Positions 62,245 through 64,000 of a DNA stretch of 64,000 nucleotides are shown here, one piece after another. A program made the position numbers and the translations under genes. Under the pieces are notes generated by a model that saw only the letters and a program-made list of their open reading frames with translations, was not told the origin of the DNA and did not search any database. Within the stretch, counting starts at the first letter, position 1. Every line of letters starts with the position of its first letter. The stretch is from Curvularia clavata (lineage: Eukaryota): the NCBI GenBank assembly GCA_023920165.1, contig CP089279.1:434001-498000 (forward strand), given 5' to 3'.

Positions 62245-63724
62245 CGTTTAGGACCAAGAAAGAATGTGATGAAGTGCGTGAAGAAGGTAAACTGGGAAGT
62301 CTTCAAGCCATATTTGTATGCTGGCTGTCAGCCCTTGCTGGCGGCTATGTAGACTTCATCAATATCCAAATTACTTCGGCCGGTGACAACGTCCGCAATG
62401 CCGTAGTCAAAGGAGTTTACCGCGCTTTGGCAGAGTGACACTCGTCCACATGACTGAGCAAAAACGGTACCTGCGCCCCCGCAACTTCTCGAAACATGCA
62501 CCGAAGACGCCACCTCATGATTGGGGAAGTCCCCGCATTTGATGAAGGCACGTTGCTAGGAGTGTACCTTTGACGGACACTAGGCTGTGTACTCCGGCCG
62601 CCGAGAGAAAAGCCCTTGGTTTCATAAGTAGACTATTCCTGAAGGGAACTTGGCCGGTGGATGATATTGGGGGTGGGTCTTGGGAGTTGTCTTGACTGTC
62701 CTTGGCCGAACGCAGCACTGGGTGCAGACGGATGACGAGAAGCCCCAAGACTCAGGTGGTTTTAAGTTCATCTACAGTTGTTGTGATAGGTGCTCCTGGC
62801 AGTCTGCCGAGCAACCAGATGGTACTTGGCGCGGTTGATTCGTGCCGCAGCCTCGCATCGGCTGTTAGGGGTAGTGACGGCAGAGTCTCGGCTCCTTCGA
62901 ATTGTTAGCGCGCCTTGGACTACCCACCAGATACTCTTAACACAACCTCGTCTCTTCAGAGATATTCTTCGTACCATTCTCAGTTTCTTTGCCTCTGATG
63001 GGCCAAGGTGTTGTCAAAACTAGGCGCTGCAAGCGAGTTCCCATAACCAGGTTGCGTAGATGAAGTGATAGTGCTCGACTGGGCTGCTCCCCGGTTCGGG
63101 TGCGGCGGATTAATCTATTGTACTGCGGCATGTATATTGCTGGCGCTCTACTACCGAACCAAATGACGTTTTCCGCACTGTCGATACCGGGGTCTCGTCG
63201 AACCCCAAAGGAGAACGGACTCTAGTTCGTCGCACAGCCAGTATCTGGCCTTGTCATGTACATTGTGGGAGGTACAACGAACAAAGTGGTGCGACAGGTA
63301 GGTCACGACGCTAGCCAACGGCGTTCACGACTGCATCTAGATGCCCGCCTGGACTCGGCGAACTTGGTCAGTGTTTGCAGATCTTGGTGTTAGCTGTGCG
63401 GGAAATCACAGAGCTTTTCGCTCAGATCAGACTACGAGCTCTGTTCCTCACCACCTATCTTGCTCCAAAAAAGACCGTATACTGAAATGGCAAGACACAG
63501 AAAGAAAAATAGTTTGCATATGTAATCAGAGCCCTTGTTATAAACTTATGCACGAAAGACATGCAGAAGCTATCTTCAACTCTTAATTGCACCCGGTCCG
63601 TTACCGGCATCGTAGCCTGTCTTCCCGTCACCCCCGCGCCGCGCTTCTTCCCCTTTCCAGCCTCCTTCTCGGCCAATATCAAAACTCTAACTGTCTATTG
63701 TACAACGATCCACATGACCCTTGA

Positions 63725-64000
63725 TCATAGTACACCATTTACTGCCTTGGGCCCAATTCGCCACACCACACTCCCATCACTCATTTCCGTACCGACTCCC
63801 AGCCCCAACCTCAGTGCTCTGTCCCACACGACAGCCACCTCCGTATCCCTCCTGATTCTTTTCGTAGCCCTCAATACCACTGGCTCTAGATCCCTATTAC
63901 ACCTGCGCGAAAAGAGCACAATTGCATCCGAGATCTGTTCTGCCACTTCTTCGGGCTCTTGCTCATCGACACGCTTCCTTTTCTTCGCTTTTATCTCAGG
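63725..64000 (-). CDS. 3' end of an unidentified gene entering from beyond the window
   Basis: The frame is open from 64000 to the stop at 63725: PEIKAKKRKRVDEQEPEEVAEQISDAIVLFSRRC...WRIGPKAVNGVL, with a basic NLS-like stretch. Confidence 0.5.
   Translation of the reverse strand, partial: PEIKAKKRKRVDEQEPEEVAEQISDAIVLFSRRCNRDLEPVVLRATKRIRRDTEVAVVWDRALRLGLGVGTEMSDGSVVWRIGPKAVNGVL

Noticed and set aside
1..64000. tRNA, rRNA, CRISPR arrays, intact transposons
   Set aside because: None recognised by eye. tRNAscan-SE, Infernal and RepeatMasker would be needed to exclude small or degenerate elements.

Overview
Intron-containing filamentous-ascomycete DNA, probably Dothideomycetes/Pleosporales (inferred from gene content and short GT-AG introns with CTRAY branch points). 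About 24 protein-coding genes were reconstructed by hand; exon sums of the complete spliced genes are divisible by 3. 1-37 kb is conserved housekeeping DNA: Laa1/HEATR5, TACO1, PET100, ECI1, CCDC90, TSC2, CSE1, mannitol 2-dehydrogenase, S53 sedolisin, Rab, CTL/PNS1, GCP2 and an SDR. 37.5-47 kb is an accessory, partly decayed zone: an SSADH-like pseudogene paired divergently with a copper amine oxidase, a 134-bp tandem duplication, an unknown membrane protein and transition-damaged gene relics. The best candidate for an undescribed system is at 47-57.3 kb: an NmrA-like gene, a stilbene-cleaving (lignostilbene-type) dioxygenase, an NTF2/SnoaL-like enzyme resembling bacterial gamma-formaldehyde lyases (LdpA/PcfL), an aldehyde dehydrogenase and a Zn2Cys6 regulator. 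Three sites in this cluster share the motif CGG-N3-GAT-N4-CCG, and SYGGRG (CreA-type) sites cluster in its promoters. This suggests a fungal lignin-dimer/neolignan -> stilbene -> aromatic aldehyde -> acid pathway. The window ends with MID1, a CBM-less GH6 cellobiohydrolase and a partial gene. I recognised no tRNA, rRNA, CRISPR array or intact transposon. All homology calls come from motif recognition, not database searches.
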